Shown: positions 1-8,461 of the stretch, piece after piece
How positions within the stretch are numbered: position 1 is the stretch's first letter
Layout: every line of letters begins with the position of its first letter
Source: a virus
Lineage: Duplodnaviria > Caudoviricetes
Strand: one strand, 5' to 3'
Length of the DNA stretch: 27,943 nt
Virus record (IMG/VR): IMGVR_UViG_3300033076_000094
Coordinates: 1 to 27,943 of that record
Position numbers and translations under genes: made by a program
The notes under the pieces: model-generated
Told to the model about the DNA's origin: nothing
The model's input: only the letters and a program-made list of their open reading frames with translations
The model's database searches: none

Positions 1-1
1 C

Positions 2-118
2 AAAGCCTCACCAGAGGGCCAGAAACTGTTCGGCGGTGCTGCACCCGCTCAAGGTGGCTCACAAGCCCCCGCAGGCGATGCTGGGTTTGATGACGATTCG
101 CAAGACATCCCATTCTGA
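2..118 (+). CDS. 3' end of a gene (5' truncated) with an SSB-type acidic C-terminal tail; probable phage single-stranded DNA-binding protein
   Basis: Manual translation of frame 2 gives KASPEGQKLFGGAAPAQGGSQAPAGDAGFDDDSQDIPF*. A Gly/Ala/Pro linker ending in DDD..DIPF is the canonical SSB C-terminal tip. Not in the ORF track. Confidence 0.7.
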   Translation, partial: KASPEGQKLFGGAAPAQGGSQAPAGDAGFDDDSQDIPF

Positions 119-131
119 TCGGGAGGCAAAC

Positions 132-494
132 ATGGAAAACATTCAAAAAATCGCGCTTGAGAAATTGCTCAAGTCGTTGGGTGCGTTGGGTTGCAAGTTT
201 GCCGTCGTTGATCCAGCAGGGGTCAAGCACGGCGACCTTGAATTGGTTGACCCCAAAGCCAAAACAAAACGCAGCCCACTCAAACACCCACATGGCGAAC
301 TCAAACGCTACGTGGAGTCGCACCTTGATGGCATCGCCATTGGTGCAGTGGTGTCAGTGCCTCAAGACAAATTTGACCTTGAGACATTGCAATCTTCGTG
401 TGGCCACTACATGCGTTTGAACTTCGGTTCGGACTCGTACATGACCACGCAGATGCGTGACCACAACCTTGTCCAAGTGCTGAGGTTGCTATGA
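132..494 (+). CDS. hypothetical phage protein (120 aa)
   Basis: GGAGG RBS at 122-126 precedes ATG132 (MENIQKIALEK...). The stop overlaps the next start (ATGA at 491-494). Confidence 0.75.
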   Translation: MENIQKIALEKLLKSLGALGCKFAVVDPAGVKHGDLELVDPKAKTKRSPLKHPHGELKRYVESHLDGIAIGAVVSVPQDKFDLETLQSSCGHYMRLNFGSDSYMTTQMRDHNLVQVLRLL

Positions 495-742
495 AGGCGC
501 TGTGCTTGATCCCCATATTGCTGGTGGGTTGCTCCAGCAATGCCCCACAGTACGGCACCCAAGAACTCATCATGGATCGACAAGTCCATGCCATGAGCCG
601 CAACGAAGTCATCAATGCCGTCCAAGAGTGCGAAGGAAACGGCCTGCGCGCGTCGATGATTTATTCCAAACGCATGATCAACGGAAAGGCCGCAGACATT
701 GTGGTTGACGTGACGTGCGCGCCCAAGTTCAAGTTCTACTAA
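491..742 (+). CDS. small lipoprotein
   Basis: MKALCLIPILLVG-C: basic N-terminus, hydrophobic core and LVGC lipobox; two further Cys in the mature part. Confidence 0.75.
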   Translation: MKALCLIPILLVGCSSNAPQYGTQELIMDRQVHAMSRNEVINAVQECEGNGLRASMIYSKRMINGKAADIVVDVTCAPKFKFY

Positions 743-753
743 GGAGAGACCCT

Positions 754-1533
754 TTGACAACAATCATTGCACGATCCGCTGAGTCGGTTCACTGGTACGG
801 CCAAGACGGCTCACCCCAGTACACCGTCAAAGCCAAAGACGGCTCAGACCGTCCTACCACGCTGCGTGACGCACGAAAACTCAATCTTGTACCTTCGGTG
901 ACCACCATCATGAAAGTGATGGCCAAGCCTGGGCTTGACGTCTGGAAAAACGAACAGCTCTTGCTGGCCGCCCTGACGCTTCCCCGCATGGCTGCCGAGT
1001 CCGAAAAAGAGTTCATCGCGCGCGTCGTGGCTGACTCCAAAGAAACGGGCAAGCGCGCCGCTGAGGCAGGCACCCTGATCCATGAGTCCATAGAACGCTT
1101 CTACGCAGGCGAAACCGATGTCAAGCACCGTGAGTCTGCCGAAGCCTTCAAAGCAGCCGTAGAGGCTCGTTTTGGCAGCATGGTGATGATCCCTGAAGCC
1201 TCGTTCTCGTCCCCCAAGGGCTACGGCGGCAAAGTGGACTTGTACTGCGGCAAATGCGCGGTGCTGCCAGAGGGTTTGGTTTTGGATTCCAAGACCAAGG
1301 ACTTCGGCCCCGACGACGAAGTGGTGGCATACGACGAAAACCTGATGCAGTTGGCCGCCTACCGCATGGGGTTGGAGTTGCCGCATGCACGATGTGCCAA
1401 CGTGTTTGTGTCCCGCACACACCCAGGCCTCGTTCGCATCCACGAATGGACTGAAGAAGAGCTGATCCGTGGCTACCGCATGTTCGGTGCCCTGCTCACC
1501 TTCTGGAAGCTCAAAAACAAGTTTGGAGAGTGA
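754..1533 (+). CDS. PD-(D/E)XK family phage exonuclease
   Basis: Motifs PSVTTI, GTLIHESIE, GYGGKVDL, VLDSKTK and MQLAAY. Probable TTG start at 754 after the AAGGAG RBS (741-746). Confidence 0.85.
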   Translation: MTTIIARSAESVHWYGQDGSPQYTVKAKDGSDRPTTLRDARKLNLVPSVTTIMKVMAKPGLDVWKNEQLLLAALTLPRMAAESEKEFIARVVADSKETGKRAAEAGTLIHESIERFYAGETDVKHRESAEAFKAAVEARFGSMVMIPEASFSSPKGYGGKVDLYCGKCAVLPEGLVLDSKTKDFGPDDEVVAYDENLMQLAAYRMGLELPHARCANVFVSRTHPGLVRIHEWTEEELIRGYRMFGALLTFWKLKNKFGE

Positions 1534-1534
1534 G

Positions 1535-1708
1535 ATGGGTGACGGAGAACTTTTTGGCTTTGCCATCATTGTGTGGGCTGTGTGCGCGTGGATCACTCAC
1601 GTGATCGCTTGCATTCAAACCGCCTCATGGGCGCTGCTGATCATCGGCAGCATCATCTTCCCAATTTCTTGGGTTCACGGAACGGGCATTTGGCTCGGTA
1701 TTTTTTAA
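1535..1708 (+). CDS. small membrane protein (57 aa, about 2 TM)
   Basis: MGDGELFGFAIIVWAVCAWITHVIACIQTASWALLIIGSIIFPISWVHGTGIWLGIF; GGAGAG upstream; fills the gap between neighbouring genes. Confidence 0.7.
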   Translation: MGDGELFGFAIIVWAVCAWITHVIACIQTASWALLIIGSIIFPISWVHGTGIWLGIF

Positions 1709-1719
1709 GGAAAAAAATC

Positions 1720-1938
1720 ATGGCAACAGAACAACGCATTTACAAAGTCACAAACGGTGACAAAACATACCTCGTGCAAGCAGTGAGCCAAGCGCAAGCC
1801 CTGCGCCACGTCGCTGGCCGCACCTTCGCTGTCGAAGTGGCCAAGGCCATCGATGTCGCTCAGCTCATGGGCAAAGGCGTGCACGTCGAAACCGCTTCGG
1901 TGATCGCAGAGCAAACACAAATCAACGTGGGAGAGTAA
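1720..1938 (+). CDS. hypothetical phage protein (72 aa)
   Basis: AAGGA RBS then ATG1720 (MATEQRIYKV...QAVSQAQALRHVA). Confidence 0.75.
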   Translation: MATEQRIYKVTNGDKTYLVQAVSQAQALRHVAGRTFAVEVAKAIDVAQLMGKGVHVETASVIAEQTQINVGE

Positions 1939-1940
1939 AC

Positions 1941-2264
1941 ATGCAATATGAGTTCACCATCAAGTTGAACCAAGACGATCTGGACAAAGTCTTGGTCGCA
2001 CTGGAAAAACTTCCATTTGCCGACGTGTTCCATTTGGTCAAAAACATTGCGAATCAAGTGTCCGCTCAAACCGCTGATGCGGCTGAGTTCGAGTTCGACA
2101 TGGAGCAAGCAGCCATGAACTGGAAGCCCACACCTCCAAGCAACATGACCATGGAAGAGGCTTTGCAGCACTTGAAGCAGCAACTGGATCAAGCTGCCGC
2201 AAAACGCGCCAAGCCTGCCGCCAAAAAGAAAGTGGTTGCACGCAAGAAGCGAGGTGCCAAATGA
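1941..2264 (+). CDS. hypothetical protein with a Lys/Ala-rich basic C-terminal tail
   Basis: GGGAG RBS; ends AAKRAKPAAKKKVVARKKRGAK; stop overlaps the next ATG. Confidence 0.75.
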   Translation: MQYEFTIKLNQDDLDKVLVALEKLPFADVFHLVKNIANQVSAQTADAAEFEFDMEQAAMNWKPTPPSNMTMEEALQHLKQQLDQAAAKRAKPAAKKKVVARKKRGAK

Positions 2265-2488
2265 GTCTTGAGCTGACATCCGAAGAGATTCGCAAGGTGT
2301 TTCACGAAACCTACCTTGAGCAAAACTACAACTTCTTGGTCGAAGACTTGGAAAAGCTGGCCAACGCATTTGTGGCGGCATCGGTGAACAAGATCGCACG
2401 CGCCGAACGCGCGGAGTGCATCAAGTTCGTCAACAGCTTGAACACCACAGTGGGCAAAGCGCTCGAAGAAAAGCGCGGTCACCTGTAA
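2261..2488 (+). CDS. hypothetical phage protein (75 aa)
   Basis: GAGG RBS and ATGA overlap with the previous gene; last gene of the + strand block. Confidence 0.7.
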   Translation: MSLELTSEEIRKVFHETYLEQNYNFLVEDLEKLANAFVAASVNKIARAERAECIKFVNSLNTTVGKALEEKRGHL

Positions 2489-2489
2489 C

Positions 2490-2522
2490 AAAAAAAACCC
2501 CCAACCTGTGAAGGCTGGGGGT
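2490..2522 (-). terminator. Rho-independent terminator ending the late (- strand) operon
   Basis: Minus-strand RNA is ACCCCCAGCCU-UCAC-AGGUUGGGGGU followed by a U-run (A8 at 2490-2497 on +). The stem includes a G-U pair that forms only on the minus strand. Lies between convergent gene blocks. Confidence 0.8.
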
Positions 2523-2572
2523 ATCAATGGCTTCTGCAAAAGAAGCTCACGTTGGAGAGACACCCATCGTGA

Positions 2573-3988
2573 TCAGTCCAGACCAAAACCTCGGTGGGCA
2601 TACGGACTCTTGCCCTTCATGCCCTCCACAAATTTCTTTTTGGCCTCTGGATTGTCTTGCATGTACAAATAGGCTGGGATCAAGGCACCAAGCCCAGTCA
2701 TCGGAATGCTTGCAGCAGTCCCCATAAACGGTGCAGCAGTACCCGCAACGGTGCCAGCAGCAGACAGCGCAGCCTCGGCAGGCTTCTTCTCTTGAAGGCG
2801 GTTGTACACATCGGCAGCACCTTGCCCAAGGTTGAAACCAGTCCACCCACCCATGACAGGCCACTTGGCCAAGTTGCCATAGTGTCCAAGCATGCCTAGA
2901 GCGCCCTGCAAGCGCGTTGGGGGCACAGGTGGTGCCACAGGCTCAACTGGCACGTTTGGAGCGCCACCAAAGCGCGGAGAAGGCCCACGGCCAGCACTTT
3001 GGGGAATCAGCAGGTTTGCACGGTTGGGATCAGGGCGCATCTCAGGCGCGATTTGACGGATCTTGTCCTCGGCAGCCATGGCCGCACGCTTCATCTGATG
3101 CGCTTCGGCTTGATCACGGGCTTTGAGTCCCACATCGGTGTAGCGGCCTTCGGCGTCCTGCGAAGCGATCCAATTCTGCGTCATGCGGCCACCAGCTGGC
3201 TCACCAGTCAAGGGGCCTTGTGCGGGTGGCAAGCCTTGATCGGCAGCACCTTTGGCCGCCATGAAGTCTTTGATGACGTCAGTGGGCGATTTGCCGCTTT
3301 TCAGGTCTTGCATGACCGAAGGGTAGTTCTTGGCCAACTGCTCCACAGCATCGAATGCCAAACGGCCTTTGGCCAACGTGGTGGCAGCACCTGCCGCACC
3401 AGCTGCACCAGCTGCGCCTGTGGCCAGCCCTGCAAGCGCACGAGGCACGCGAGTGGGCTCCGCTGACTCAGCGCCAACCTCTTCGCTGACTTCGGGTGCA
3501 GCAGCAGCTTCGGGCGCTGCGGCTTCTTCAGCAGGCTTGGTGGAAACCTTTCCAGTCACAGGCGGCAATTCGCCACCATAGAACTCGGACACCTTGAGCA
3601 TGTGGTTGATGGTTTCATCGGGCAACACGTTCAAGTCACCAGACTCCAAAAACTTTTTGCGCGTTTCGGTACTGGTGTTGTAGGCGGCCAAGACTTTGTA
3701 CGGATCGTTGCCGATTTTCTTGTCCGACATGATCTCTTTGAGCAAGGTCATGCCGCCTTCGATGTTCTCATCCAGATCGTTCGCGTCAACCTTGAGCGAC
3801 TTGGCTGTGTCGGGCATGAGTTGCATCACGCCCTTGGCACCCGCCTTGGATGTCGCCTTTGGGTTGAAGCCGCTTTCAGCCATCACCATGGGCAACACGA
3901 AGTCGGGGTTCAACCCGTGGCGCTCCGCAGACTCGGCCACCTTCAGCGCGATGGCAATTTGATCATCGGTCAGTTTGGACAAGTCCAT
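2573..3988 (-). CDS. internal virion/ejection protein with N-terminal lytic transglycosylase (SLT) domain
   Basis: SLT motifs MAESGFNPKATSKAGAKGVMQLMPDTA, NIEGG and LAAYN. The remainder is Ala/Gly/Pro-rich with hydrophobic C-terminal helices. Position resembles T7 gp16. Confidence 0.85.
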   Translation of the reverse strand: MDLSKLTDDQIAIALKVAESAERHGLNPDFVLPMVMAESGFNPKATSKAGAKGVMQLMPDTAKSLKVDANDLDENIEGGMTLLKEIMSDKKIGNDPYKVLAAYNTSTETRKKFLESGDLNVLPDETINHMLKVSEFYGGELPPVTGKVSTKPAEEAAAPEAAAAPEVSEEVGAESAEPTRVPRALAGLATGAAGAAGAAGAATTLAKGRLAFDAVEQLAKNYPSVMQDLKSGKSPTDVIKDFMAAKGAADQGLPPAQGPLTGEPAGGRMTQNWIASQDAEGRYTDVGLKARDQAEAHQMKRAAMAAEDKIRQIAPEMRPDPNRANLLIPQSAGRGPSPRFGGAPNVPVEPVAPPVPPTRLQGALGMLGHYGNLAKWPVMGGWTGFNLGQGAADVYNRLQEKKPAEAALSAAGTVAGTAAPFMGTAASIPMTGLGALIPAYLYMQDNPEAKKKFVEGMKGKSPYAHRGFGLD

Positions 3989-3997
3989 GGGAGATCC

Positions 3998-5461
3998 TTA
4001 TTGGGGTTGCTGTTGTGCGCGTGCAGCTTGGATGGCACGCAGGCGCTCAACCATCGAACCGGATTGCGTGTTGGCCGCTGCTGCTCGTGATGCGTTGGCT
4101 GTGGCCTGTGCGGACGCTTGAGGCTTGTACCAGCTTGGTGTCGCCTTCAATGCGTTGGCCTTGGCCAGCTCAGCCGCTTCGTCACGATATTGGTTTTCCA
4201 GCGCACGTGCTTCGGGCGACGTGAGCATGCGACGTGCAGGCACATTGCTTTCGACGCGCAGGTTGTGGCGGTCCAAATCGTGTTTGGCCTGCAATCCCAT
4301 TTGGTCGATGATGCCAACAAAGCCAGCCTGCGAGTTGCCCAAGTTGGGCGACTGCATTGTGTTGAGTTGTTGGAATGCGTCGGTGGGGTTGACGTTGGAG
4401 CCACGCAAGTTGACTTCCAAACGAGCCAAGCCCTTGATGAACTTGTCGGCCTTGGCGCGAGTTTGTTCGTCGGCGTTCTTGAGCTGATCCATGGCGGCAG
4501 CGGTCAAGCCTTCGACGGCTGCCTGCGTGTTGCCTGGGTTCTTGTCCAAGAACGAGCGCAGCATCGACACCGCATCGCCATTCTTGAAGAGCGAGAACAT
4601 GGGGGCCAGCTTGGGATCGACAGCCAGCGTGCGCAGGTATGTCAAATCGTTCAGCAAGTTGTCCGAGCTGCGTGCTGCGAATGCAGACTTTTGCTCTTCG
4701 TTCATGCCAGCTGTGGTTTGTTCGCGTGCGTATGCGGCCACAGCGTCTTGCTTTTCGGCCACGCCCATCGATGCCCACTGCTCTGGCTGAATGTCCTTGG
4801 GACGCGCAGCATTGAGCTTTTCCAAATAGCCAGCGACTTGATCTGGTTTGGGCTCTGCGATGGTGCCTTTGAAGATCGGATCTTTCAAGATCAAGTATGG
4901 ATCTTCGGCTGCTGCACGTTGACCCGTGATCTCTGTGTTCACGTTGGTGCTGCGTGTGCCTGCTTCTGTCGATGCGGCACCATACTGCTTTTCCAAGCCA
5001 ATCGCCAAAGGTGATGTGGGGTCCAGCTTAATGATGTCCTGCACCTCGCTCACGGGCATGCCCTTGGCTTTCCATGCGTCGTGTGCTTCTTTCTGAGCCA
5101 CGCGCTGTGACAGCGGCAATTGACCCGCAGCCACCTCGGCACGCATACGGGCAATCGTGGGGGCAATAGCGCGTTGGGCTTCAACGTTCTTGCCAAGCTC
5201 TTGCGCTGCGCTGCCCAATGACGCGACAAAGCCGCCAAGCTGTGGCTTCGCAAATGCTGCTGCGATGTTCCACAGGTTTGGCTGCTCGTAACGCTTCTCA
5301 AGCTGATCGGCCAAGTCCTCTTGCGACTTCAGCATGCGCTCATAGGCGCTGGTGATGTAGGGATGCTCACCAACACCAACGGGGTTGACTTTCGCAAAGT
5401 CAATCGGGCTTTTAATGTTGAAGCTCAGCGGTGACGTTTTTTCAACTTCATCTGGTGTCAT
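3998..5461 (-). CDS. putative DNA ejection (internal virion) protein, helical
   Basis: 487 aa, Ala/Gln-rich and likely helical, no Cys; located between other ejection-like genes. Function inferred from synteny. Confidence 0.6.
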   Translation of the reverse strand: MTPDEVEKTSPLSFNIKSPIDFAKVNPVGVGEHPYITSAYERMLKSQEDLADQLEKRYEQPNLWNIAAAFAKPQLGGFVASLGSAAQELGKNVEAQRAIAPTIARMRAEVAAGQLPLSQRVAQKEAHDAWKAKGMPVSEVQDIIKLDPTSPLAIGLEKQYGAASTEAGTRSTNVNTEITGQRAAAEDPYLILKDPIFKGTIAEPKPDQVAGYLEKLNAARPKDIQPEQWASMGVAEKQDAVAAYAREQTTAGMNEEQKSAFAARSSDNLLNDLTYLRTLAVDPKLAPMFSLFKNGDAVSMLRSFLDKNPGNTQAAVEGLTAAAMDQLKNADEQTRAKADKFIKGLARLEVNLRGSNVNPTDAFQQLNTMQSPNLGNSQAGFVGIIDQMGLQAKHDLDRHNLRVESNVPARRMLTSPEARALENQYRDEAAELAKANALKATPSWYKPQASAQATANASRAAAANTQSGSMVERLRAIQAARAQQQPQ

Positions 5462-5470
5462 GATTTTTCC

Positions 5471-6628
5471 TTATGGTGCTTCGCCGTAATAGCCGCCCAT
5501 TTGATCAAGAACATCTTGCTCAGTTGGGGATGGTGTTGTGTCGTAAGTGTCTTTGCCTTGGTTATACAAGTAATCATTCACTGTTTGACCAGTTTCTGTG
5601 TTGGTGCTGTTGCCAATGTCGGTCAAGTTGCCCAAGCCACTTGTGAGCTTGTCATATGCGTTGGAGATGCCAGAGCCAGCAGCAGAGAACAAGCCGCCCA
5701 AAGAGCTTTGGCCAGTCATTTGCTGGAACAAGCTCTTGCCACCAGATGCAGGCTGTTGGAACAGCGCACCCAAGCCAGAACCAACAGATGCCATCGCAGC
5801 CAGTGGCGATGTTTCCGCTGTTTGCACAGTGCTTGTTGGGATGTTCTGGCCAGACATGAGGCCAGACAACGTGGACAAGGTCGTGAGTGGGAAGTTCTGT
5901 TTGTTCTGAGCAATCGTTTGCTGTTGACCGCCAAGTGTGGCCAAGGCGTTGATGTCAGCCAAGCTCAGTGCTTGATTTGTACCTGCCAAGTTGCCTTGTG
6001 CAGTGCCAGCTTGTGTCAATGCTTGCTGACCTGCGGTTGTCAAGTCGCCAGCAGATTTGCCCATGGTGGCTTGCAATTGGTTTTGCGTGCCAGCGGCTGT
6101 CAGTGCGTTCTTGTACGCATCGTTCAGTGCATTGAATTGCGCATTGGTGATGTCGCGGTTGGCATTTCCGATGGTTTGGCCAAGCACTTCAGCGCCGCGC
6201 TTCGAACCAAACTGGCCTGATCCAACAGCACCTGCTGTGGCGTTGGGGGCCAAGTTCATGCGAATGTTGCGTGCGCCCAAGTCGCCCAAGTTGTTCACCA
6301 CGGTTTGGGTGTAGGGGTCCATGTACTGACGCGCCAACTCCGCAGGGCTTGTGCCTGCCGTTTGGAAGTAGGGAGTGGCTGCCGTCAGGGGTGAAGGCGT
6401 CGCAGCAGCGCGGCCAAGTGTTTGCTCAGCAGCAGTCAGCGTGGGCTGGTATGCCGCAGCCTTGTCGGCCACCTGATTGAAGGCCATCTCTTGCAATGGC
6501 TGAGCGCCAACGAACTGAGCGTTCTTGGCAGCCTGCGTGCCAGACGTGGCAAGGTTGGACAGGTAGTCGGTGTAGTAACTCGGCGCTTGCGTTGCCGTGG
6601 TTGCGCTGGATTGCAGTAAATTTGCCAT
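5471..6628 (-). CDS. putative DNA pilot/ejection protein
   Basis: Q/A/T/G-rich; contains YMDPYTQTVV and AVGSGQFGSKRG-type segments seen in podovirus DNA-transfer proteins; Gly-rich hydrophobic stretch near the C-terminus. Confidence 0.65.
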   Translation of the reverse strand: MANLLQSSATTATQAPSYYTDYLSNLATSGTQAAKNAQFVGAQPLQEMAFNQVADKAAAYQPTLTAAEQTLGRAAATPSPLTAATPYFQTAGTSPAELARQYMDPYTQTVVNNLGDLGARNIRMNLAPNATAGAVGSGQFGSKRGAEVLGQTIGNANRDITNAQFNALNDAYKNALTAAGTQNQLQATMGKSAGDLTTAGQQALTQAGTAQGNLAGTNQALSLADINALATLGGQQQTIAQNKQNFPLTTLSTLSGLMSGQNIPTSTVQTAETSPLAAMASVGSGLGALFQQPASGGKSLFQQMTGQSSLGGLFSAAGSGISNAYDKLTSGLGNLTDIGNSTNTETGQTVNDYLYNQGKDTYDTTPSPTEQDVLDQMGGYYGEAP

Positions 6629-6630
6629 GC

Positions 6631-8460
6631 TTAGCCTTTCTTGCCCATCTTGATGTATTCAAGGGGGCTTTTTGCCTTTGGTGGTATTTTAGACGTTGGG
6701 GCGCTTCTTTTGTGTTCGCGGACGTTCTTGCGCATTTCGTCCAACAGCTTGGCACCACGGGCGTTGTCACCTTGGCCAAGGGCTGTCACAAATGCTTCGG
6801 GCAGCACATACTCACCGTCCGCGATTTGCGCGGGGATGGCGCGGCCACCAGATTTGGCACGCACTGGGATGTGCTTACGGAATTGCTCAAGGGCTTGGGC
6901 ACCTGCCTTGCTGGAGCCGTCGCCAAGCGCAGCCACGGTGTCCGCATCCACAACGAAGTCACCATGCTGCAACACCGCTGGAATCTCATCGGATTGGCCT
7001 GTGCCCTTGCCTGTGGCGTAGTAGCCTGTGTGGCCAGTCACGAACTCAGGCTTGTGGTCCTTGGGGATGTCTCCGTGCAGCGCAGGCAGGCCACCCGTCG
7101 CCTTGCGAGGGATGTTGCCCACAATTTGGTTGCTCAGTTGCGTCAGGGGCGTCAGCTGCGCGATCTTGCGCTGGCCACCACCCATGAAGACAGGCTGATT
7201 GGTCTTAGTGGTGGCGCTGGTGTAGGCGCTGTTGACCAAGTTGTCCCACGCACTGCCACCGCTGGCCATCTGAGGCACTTGATTCTCAGGCTGGAGGAAT
7301 GTGCCCGTGGGTTGCTTCTGGCCATTGTTGGTGGCCAATGTTTGCTGCATCTCAGGCGTCAGCGTGTCGTACAGCTGCTTGAGCTTGGCCAACTGGAATG
7401 GATCACCTGTGGAGTCGCCAAGCATCTCGGTTGCGCTGATCCAGTTCGGATTGAGCGTGTCGCTTTGGTTTGGGGCCTTTGCGGTGGGCTGATTGGCCGT
7501 GGGCGCATTTTGCGCGGTTCCCGAAGTGCCGCCCAAGATGGCATTGGTGATGAAGTTCAAGCCGCCAGCAACTTGACTGCGCGTGGCCAGTGGGTCGTAC
7601 TTGCCCAAAGTGTTGTCGTTCTGCGTTGCAAAGTTGGTGGGCTGGTTCGTGACCGTGTCGGAAGACAACACTTCACCGTTAGGCGCAGTCCATGTGCCTG
7701 TTGCGGGGTCGTATTTGTAATCGCTCATGCTGGCCATGTCGGTGCCAGATGCTTCGGTCAAAGGTGACGACAGGCCGCCAGTTTCAGATGGCACATACGC
7801 GCCGCTGATTTCGTCGTAGTAGCCAGGCCCCGTTGCCGTGGTGGCCGTCTCCAACGGGAAGTCCATCTTGATGCTGGGGTCCGCTGCCAGCACGTCTTGC
7901 TCCGTGGGGCTTGGTGCGTTATCCCATGCGCTTGGCTGACTCTGTGCCCAATCGGTGAACTGCGTGTCCGTGATGTCTTTTGCTGCGGTGCTGTTGAGGC
8001 CACCAAGTGCGCCCATCAGTGCGCCTGTCTCAGCGTCACCACCGGACAGCAAAGCACGTGTTGCACCTGCGGTGGCACCTTGCGCTGCGCCTGCGGCATA
8101 CGCGCCATAACCTGCTTCAGCGGCAGCAGCGCCAGCAGCTTGCCCAGCCATTGTGCCAGCTTGGCCAATCACATAGGTTTTGCCTGCGGTCAGTGCAGCA
8201 TCTTCAATTGAAGCGCCCTGTGCAAGCGCAATCGTGCCGTTGGCGATGGCTAAGCCTGCGGGGCCGCCCACTACCATCGCGCCAATGCGAATGGCCGTAT
8301 TGACTGGGTCTTGCAGTGCCGCCTGCACCGTGTCATCCACGGCACTTGCAACTGGCTTGACGACGTCTTCAACGATGGCTTGGCCAACGTTGTCAACCGC
8401 CTTGCCAACGCTCACGACAGCATCTTCAACCTTGGCAAGCGTCTTGGTTACCGCGCTCAT
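6631..8460 (-). CDS. putative internal virion/ejection protein with membrane-seeking Gly/Ala N-terminal region and duplicated C-terminal motif
   Basis: Amphipathic N-terminus, then GxxxG-rich hydrophobic segments; C-terminal GTGQSDEIPAVLQHGDFVV and IPAQIADGEYVLP repeats. Confidence 0.65.
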   Translation of the reverse strand: MSAVTKTLAKVEDAVVSVGKAVDNVGQAIVEDVVKPVASAVDDTVQAALQDPVNTAIRIGAMVVGGPAGLAIANGTIALAQGASIEDAALTAGKTYVIGQAGTMAGQAAGAAAAEAGYGAYAAGAAQGATAGATRALLSGGDAETGALMGALGGLNSTAAKDITDTQFTDWAQSQPSAWDNAPSPTEQDVLAADPSIKMDFPLETATTATGPGYYDEISGAYVPSETGGLSSPLTEASGTDMASMSDYKYDPATGTWTAPNGEVLSSDTVTNQPTNFATQNDNTLGKYDPLATRSQVAGGLNFITNAILGGTSGTAQNAPTANQPTAKAPNQSDTLNPNWISATEMLGDSTGDPFQLAKLKQLYDTLTPEMQQTLATNNGQKQPTGTFLQPENQVPQMASGGSAWDNLVNSAYTSATTKTNQPVFMGGGQRKIAQLTPLTQLSNQIVGNIPRKATGGLPALHGDIPKDHKPEFVTGHTGYYATGKGTGQSDEIPAVLQHGDFVVDADTVAALGDGSSKAGAQALEQFRKHIPVRAKSGGRAIPAQIADGEYVLPEAFVTALGQGDNARGAKLLDEMRKNVREHKRSAPTSKIPPKAKSPLEYIKMGKKG

Positions 8461-8461
8461 A

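Noticed and set aside
844-1596. 250-aa - strand ORF
   Set aside because: Antisense to the exonuclease, which has clear catalytic motifs.
2530-2546. Second small hairpin GCTTCT-GCAAA-AGAAGC near the terminator
   Set aside because: Short stem with no U-tract on either strand; no function can be supported.
6496-7767. 423-aa + strand ORF (and similar long antisense ORFs such as 4118-5014, 5501-6220 and 14297-15058)
   Set aside because: These are shadow frames antisense to well-supported genes, with no recognisable motifs; they are expected from codon bias in GC-rich DNA.
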